Origin: Leptolyngbyaceae cyanobacterium | GTDB taxonomy: Bacteria; Cyanobacteriota; Cyanobacteriia; Phormidesmidales; Phormidesmidaceae | Length of the DNA stretch: 58,504 nt | Reading direction: 5' to 3' | Assembly: GCA_965263355.1 (NCBI GenBank) | Contig: CBDHHL010000018.1 | Coordinates: 1 to 58,504, forward strand | In this document: piece by piece, positions 54,054 through 58,504 of the stretch | Layout of the letters: each line of letters starts with the position of its first letter | How positions within the stretch are numbered: position 1 is the stretch's first letter | Notes under the pieces: generated by a model | Databases searched by the model: none | Seen by the model: only the letters and a program-made list of their open reading frames with translations | Told to the model about the DNA's origin: nothing | Position numbers and translations under genes: made by a program

Positions 54054-54806
54054 ATGCAACCCATCCCTAACCTTATTTCAGCGCTCGATTATAGCGGTAT
54101 TACGCTATTAGGCTGCTGGGTAGCGTGGCAGGTACGGAGGTTTGTAAGCCATGGTCTGTTATGGGGCCTACTTATAGGCTGTGGCTTGTTTTTGATGAGC
54201 TGTGCAGAACATCATCTAACCCATGCCATAGGCTCTAGTTGGGCAGCAAGGGCAACATGGTTTTGCGCGATCGCTTCAACTGCTGGATTCATGGTGCTTT
54301 GGTGCTTTACACCGCGATTAATCCAAGCAATCACCAAAGTTGCACATCAAGCGACCACTGACGCTCTCACGGGACTGCATAACCGTGGTAGTGGCAACCG
54401 TATACTAGGGTGTCTCCAAGAAACGGCGACAACACCAACAGGGGTTCTATTTATTGACATTGACCACTTCAAGGCCATAAACACTAAGCTTGGTCACGCT
54501 GGTGGGGATAAGGTTCTGCAGTCAACAGCAACTACAATCAGAAACCAAGTACGCAAAGGTGATTCAGTGATCCGATGGGGCGGTGAAGAGTTCTTGATTG
54601 CTCTCCCAGGGTGCTCAATAAAAGAAGCTGCTAAAATCGCTCAAAACATCTTGCTATCAGTGAGGGTTGGTAATCAATGCACAGCATCTATCGGTGTGGC
54701 TAGCCTACTCCCTGGCAACCAATGGGAGGATGCTGTAAACCTCGCTAACAATCGAATGAGAATCGCAAAAGAACGAGGGCGTGATTGCGTTGTTACAAAT
54801 GCATAG
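54054..54806 (+). CDS. Diguanylate cyclase with N-terminal 3-TM ethylene-receptor-like sensor domain
   Basis: DALTGLHNR, FIDIDHFKAIN, GHAGGD, RKGD I-site, RWGGEEF; TM2 has SCAEHH (CxxxH). Confidence 0.9.
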   Translation: MQPIPNLISALDYSGITLLGCWVAWQVRRFVSHGLLWGLLIGCGLFLMSCAEHHLTHAIGSSWAARATWFCAIASTAGFMVLWCFTPRLIQAITKVAHQATTDALTGLHNRGSGNRILGCLQETATTPTGVLFIDIDHFKAINTKLGHAGGDKVLQSTATTIRNQVRKGDSVIRWGGEEFLIALPGCSIKEAAKIAQNILLSVRVGNQCTASIGVASLLPGNQWEDAVNLANNRMRIAKERGRDCVVTNA

Positions 54807-55899
54807 AGTTATGCAATTTTTCGAAAATGAAAATACTCTAAACGGCTACTGTGTCGTGAATGCCGATGGTCGTTTTGTCCGAGTAAATAGCCGTTGTTGT
54901 GAAGTGCTTGGCTACTCAGAAGAACAGCTACTAAATCTTAACTTTCAGGCAATAACGCATCCCCAGGATTTGAACCCTGATGTGAATAGCTATCTGCGAG
55001 TGATGGATCCCGACGATTCACTTACCCATTACACAATGGAGAAAAGATATATCCATGGTCGGACTAATCAAGATATTTGGGCGGTGCTAAACGTCCAGGG
55101 CTACTACGATGAACATGGCCAGTTTGAGTTTTTCCTGTCTGAGATTGCTATAGCAAGCGATCGCAGGCTATCAGCTGAAGACCGTAGGCGATTGCAAGAA
55201 ATAAAACTAGGGCTTGATAACAAAGAATTTATTTTTCACTATCAGCCCATAGTAGAGCTATCCACCGGAAGCACTGTTGGCTATGAGGCGCTTTCCCGAT
55301 GGCAGCACAAAGGGGAAACTCTAAGCCCACTAGAATTTATCCCCCTACTGCAGGTCTCTCACTCCATACATCTGCTCTGCCATAGCGTGATCCAGCTAGC
55401 AGCGACCGTTACCGAGTCCATGGGCGATAAATGGCTAAGCGTCAATGTTTCGCCGCTGACCATCGCTAGAGATGATTGGGGCAAATATGCTGATCTATTC
55501 CCACGTTCTGCCCACATGGAGATCCTAGAAAGCGATGTGATCGGGCAGGTTGTCATTGAGAAACTACGAAGCCTGAGAGATAGAGGCGTAGTTCTGGCCT
55601 TGGATGATTTTGGCAGTGGGTATAGCAATTTTAAGAGGCTTTCGATCTATGGGATTGAAGCGATCAAAATAGACGCCAGCATAGTACAAGGATTGCCCGA
55701 TAAAGAATCTACAGCTATGTGTGGAGCGATTATTGCCATGGCTCAAGTGTTAGAGCTGAAGGTGATAGCCGAAGGCATTGAGACTCAGGAGCAAGCAGAG
55801 AAGCTTTTATCTATGGGTTGCGACATGGGCCAGGGTTATTACTTTGGGAAGCCTGCACCAATAGAAGAGATTAATCGCTGTCCGTTGCCCGTCGCTTAG
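54781..55899 (+). CDS. PAS/PAC-EAL c-di-GMP phosphodiesterase (start probably 54811)
   Basis: PAS (LGYSEE.L...ITHPQD...EKRY); YQPIV, YEALSRW, SVNVS, EILE, LDDFGSGYS, IKID, AEGIET, QGYYFGKP. Confidence 0.93.
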   Translation: MIALLQMHRVMQFFENENTLNGYCVVNADGRFVRVNSRCCEVLGYSEEQLLNLNFQAITHPQDLNPDVNSYLRVMDPDDSLTHYTMEKRYIHGRTNQDIWAVLNVQGYYDEHGQFEFFLSEIAIASDRRLSAEDRRRLQEIKLGLDNKEFIFHYQPIVELSTGSTVGYEALSRWQHKGETLSPLEFIPLLQVSHSIHLLCHSVIQLAATVTESMGDKWLSVNVSPLTIARDDWGKYADLFPRSAHMEILESDVIGQVVIEKLRSLRDRGVVLALDDFGSGYSNFKRLSIYGIEAIKIDASIVQGLPDKESTAMCGAIIAMAQVLELKVIAEGIETQEQAEKLLSMGCDMGQGYYFGKPAPIEEINRCPLPVA

Positions 55900-56446
55900 G
55901 GTGGTCCATTGGCATCCCCACCAAGTCTTTAATGTCTTTCTGGTCATGCTTGCTGAGTCGAGCGTCAAGGCTGTTTCGTTTGTCGTCCAACTTATTGATA
56001 AAACCTTTCAACCACGGGACTGGTCCAGTCGCCCACACGATCAGCTCAATCACATTGTTCAGCCTCTCGATGGTTCGCTGCATGTATCGAGCGTCAGCCT
56101 GAACACTTAACGCCAATTTCTCTGACTCAATACGCTTATGCTCTGCAAGCTTAAGCTGCCCTGATATGTTCTCACAATACTTCTCTAGGCCCTCTATCCT
56201 CAGCAGCGCATCAGCCAATTGCTGTCTAAGTTCTTGGTTAACTTGCCGGTCGTGATTAATGTCAGCTTTTAACTCTTCAAACTCTTTCCTCGTAGGTGTT
56301 CGAACTTTTACCAACTCGTTTGCGTAAGCCTTGATAACGGCAAACTGCAACCCATTGAACGCCTGCTTCCATGTTTTGCGCCAATCAAAGCCACCCGTTG
56401 AAGGCATCCCGACTGAATCCATTGTCTTTTGCTGCTGTTCAGCCAT
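55871..56446 (-). CDS. Coiled-coil protein with C-terminal KRRATD motif
   Basis: Heptad-rich ORF convergent on the EAL gene. Confidence 0.65.
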   Translation of the reverse strand: MAEQQQKTMDSVGMPSTGGFDWRKTWKQAFNGLQFAVIKAYANELVKVRTPTRKEFEELKADINHDRQVNQELRQQLADALLRIEGLEKYCENISGQLKLAEHKRIESEKLALSVQADARYMQRTIERLNNVIELIVWATGPVPWLKGFINKLDDKRNSLDARLSKHDQKDIKDLVGMPMDHPKRRATDSD

Positions 56447-56501
56447 TCTTCTGTGGTAGATAGCAATAACGATAGGTTACCGTATGGGTAATTCCTGAAA
56501 C

Positions 56502-57410
56502 ATGAAAATGAGTCAGATTAAAGGCACCCCAGAAGACCATCTTTTGCTAACAGAACGTGGCACTGGCAAAGTCCGAGAAATCCCCCTAGAAAAACTAAGG
56601 AAAGGTTTTGTCACTTTAGGCCGGAGAGAAGCGACTGAAACCCACTATCAGTTAGCCGCTGGTAGCCCCGTGCAACCTTGGGTCAGTGGCTGTCACGCTA
56701 CACTTTACGCAAAGCCACGAAAAGGTGACTCTACCCAGTGGGATTACTATCTTAGGGATGGGTGCAGAGGAACATCTGAATGGAAAAACTCGGCTCATGG
56801 TGTTTGGGCTGGAGGAGAACGCTTCGCCCCTGACTATGAATTTCAACTACGTCCTGGCTTCGGGGGGTATATTACGCTGTTCCCTAAAATCCACGACTTT
56901 TCCTATGAGGCGATTTTAGAGTGGCCAGTACGAGAAACCCCAGCACCAGACAGCTCTCAGCCAACGCTGCAACAATACCAACGGCTTGTAGTAGAGAAAG
57001 ACAATGCGCTGATGCAGAAAAGAGCAGCATTAGAACAGGCTGAGCTGAATAGGCAAAAGCTGCAAAGTATGGGCTCTCAGTTAATCTCTATCCAACAGGA
57101 CTACGATCAGAAGATTGACAAACAATCTACCCGACTGTTTGAGCTGAGCGGAAAACTTGAAGAAGAGCGAACTCAGTCCCAGCAGACAAAAATAGAGATT
57201 GCAAAAGAGCGGGCTATCAACCGTGCCCAAGATAAGAAGATATCTTGGATCATTAAATTCAGCATCGCTGCGGCGATCGCTCTCTTTACAAACACTCAAG
57301 TAGATGAGGAAAAAGTTAGCGCCATCCTTGATGTAATCGCAATCCTTGGCGTAGGCGGCAGTGTTGGTAGCGCGATCATTAAATCAGAAGGCAGTCATGA
57401 GCCTGGCTGA
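56502..57410 (+). CDS. FHA-domain protein with coiled coil and two C-terminal TM helices
   Basis: TLGR, VSGCHATL, LRDG...SAHGVW FHA motifs. Confidence 0.8.
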   Translation: MKMSQIKGTPEDHLLLTERGTGKVREIPLEKLRKGFVTLGRREATETHYQLAAGSPVQPWVSGCHATLYAKPRKGDSTQWDYYLRDGCRGTSEWKNSAHGVWAGGERFAPDYEFQLRPGFGGYITLFPKIHDFSYEAILEWPVRETPAPDSSQPTLQQYQRLVVEKDNALMQKRAALEQAELNRQKLQSMGSQLISIQQDYDQKIDKQSTRLFELSGKLEEERTQSQQTKIEIAKERAINRAQDKKISWIIKFSIAAAIALFTNTQVDEEKVSAILDVIAILGVGGSVGSAIIKSEGSHEPG

Positions 57411-57541
57411 TCTAAGTTTGCGGGCATGGGCCTAATAAGTAGCTGGCTCATACTTATCCCAATGATCTCGATAAGCCTGTACAGCATCAACGGCATGTTT
57501 AGCATCTTCAGAATTTGATTCTCCCTGGCTTTAACAACAAA

Positions 57542-57775
57542 TCAAGACCATCCTTTACCGGGCACATTTACCATGCAGCCAATCAATCCTCTTTGGTCGG
57601 TGGCTTTTGCTTCACGCTGGTATTTGCTTGCAATTAGGCCAACAATTTCAGACTCAGGACACTTGAACCTATCAAAAGGGTTTCGTCGCTTGTAGCCTGC
57701 AAATTCTTTCTTGGCTAGCTCATACCATGCTTCATCAACTTCAACAACAAGATCCATTCCGATATTTACTTTCAT
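57542..57775 (-). CDS. Hypothetical protein
   Basis: Coupled ORF in the leftward early cluster. Confidence 0.6.
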   Translation of the reverse strand: MKVNIGMDLVVEVDEAWYELAKKEFAGYKRRNPFDRFKCPESEIVGLIASKYQREAKATDQRGLIGCMVNVPGKGWS

Positions 57776-58017
57776 TAACCTTCTGGCTCCTTCAAAATTA
57801 TTCTTGCTTCAACATCTGAGTAATTCAGATCAATACTAGTTGGCTCATCCTCGACAAATGCCCCTGAATCCTCACCCTTAGTGAAAATCTCAGAATCGGT
57901 CATAGCTTTAACTATGGCTTCGGCTTCCTCAGAATTTTCAGCGCCAATAGTTAACTTGTAAGTACCTGAAACAAGCGTCATCCCTGAATAAGGAATCCGT
58001 ACTTCAAAAATCGGCAT
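57775..58017 (-). CDS. Hypothetical acidic protein
   Basis: ORF with GAGG RBS. Confidence 0.65.
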   Translation of the reverse strand: MPIFEVRIPYSGMTLVSGTYKLTIGAENSEEAEAIVKAMTDSEIFTKGEDSGAFVEDEPTSIDLNYSDVEARIILKEPEG

Positions 58018-58028
58018 AACCTCATCTC

Positions 58029-58337
58029 CTAATCAATAAACTTCTTGTAAAACTCTGGGCAATGTTCCTGTAACAGCTCACCCGATACTAAGAAGTACTG
58101 AGCAAAAACAGGCTCACCCTGTGGCTCGTCATCGGGGTATTCAGCCGCATATTCTTTGGCTGTTTCATCGTGGTATTGCTTGCTCAGGACATCCACCCAT
58201 AACCGCTCATCGTCGTCGGTAGGCGTCTTTACAATCGCCTCTGCATCTGATGGCAGAGTGCCAGGAAAATCTTTCTTGGCTTGGCGCAAAGCTGCTTTAC
58301 CTAGAAAAGCATTCCAAATATCTTGGTCCCATCCCAT
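58029..58337 (-). CDS. Hypothetical protein
   Basis: ORF with GAGG RBS. Confidence 0.65.
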   Translation of the reverse strand: MGWDQDIWNAFLGKAALRQAKKDFPGTLPSDAEAIVKTPTDDDERLWVDVLSKQYHDETAKEYAAEYPDDEPQGEPVFAQYFLVSGELLQEHCPEFYKKFID

Positions 58338-58349
58338 AACCTCAATCCC

Positions 58350-58504
58350 CTAACTAACTAATCCCTCAGCCCATGCCACAATGTCATCTCCTGGGGCCTC
58401 AACAAACCTAACGGTAGAGCAGGCATAAGCTTCTATAACACCCTTTTCTACTAAGGACTTGCAAACGTCTTCATAGATAGTGCCAGAAGCGTGAACACCC
58501 CAAC
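58350..58504 (-). CDS. 3' part of the junction-spanning 76-aa protein
   Basis: In-frame continuation from 91->1; TAG at 58352-58350. Confidence 0.8.
   Translation of the reverse strand, partial: WGVHASGTIYEDVCKSLVEKGVIEAYACSTVRFVEAPGDDIVAWAEGLVS
58490..58504 (+). repeat. Terminal direct repeat, right copy
   Basis: Identical to 1-15. Confidence 0.95.

Larger units (their letters stand above)
1..58504. mobile_element. Complete circular genome of a temperate siphovirus-like cyanophage
   Basis: Integrase, repressor region, terminase, portal, capsid, tape measure and endolysin all present; 15-nt terminal identity; HIP1 enrichment; no host housekeeping genes. Confidence 0.92.

Overview
This window is a complete, circular ~58.5 kb genome of a temperate tailed (siphovirus-like) phage. 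The first and last 15 nt are identical and a 76-aa ORF reads intact across the junction. The host is almost certainly a cyanobacterium, probably filamentous: about 30 HIP1 GCGATCGC sites, a cyanobacterial-type tyrosine integrase and PAS domains, and a PatS-like peptide. Core modules are integration (attP-like region, integrase), two DNA methyltransferases, a replication initiator with iterons, a lambda-like immunity region, recombination/SSB genes, lysis (M15 endolysin, holin-like), a tail operon (tape measure, -1 frameshifted chaperone, major tail), terminase, a multidomain portal, DUF2213 protease/scaffold and DUF2184 capsid. The accessory content is unusually rich in signalling: (i) an unannotated 16-aa ORF MFWFFWVFGADRGSGR resembling the heterocyst-patterning morphogen PatS; (ii) an apparently intact c-di-GMP make/break pair (ethylene-receptor-like 3TM-GGDEF cyclase plus PAS-EAL phosphodiesterase) beside an FHA membrane protein; (iii) a stand-alone PAS protein inside the immunity region; (iv) four candidate sRNAs, each with its own -10 and terminator; (v) a membrane-protein/ATPase operon reminiscent of Streptomyces TraB/Spd DNA spreading. 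Together these suggest (inference) a phage that senses and manipulates the multicellular state of its host filament. All family assignments are by-eye motif recognition, not database searches.
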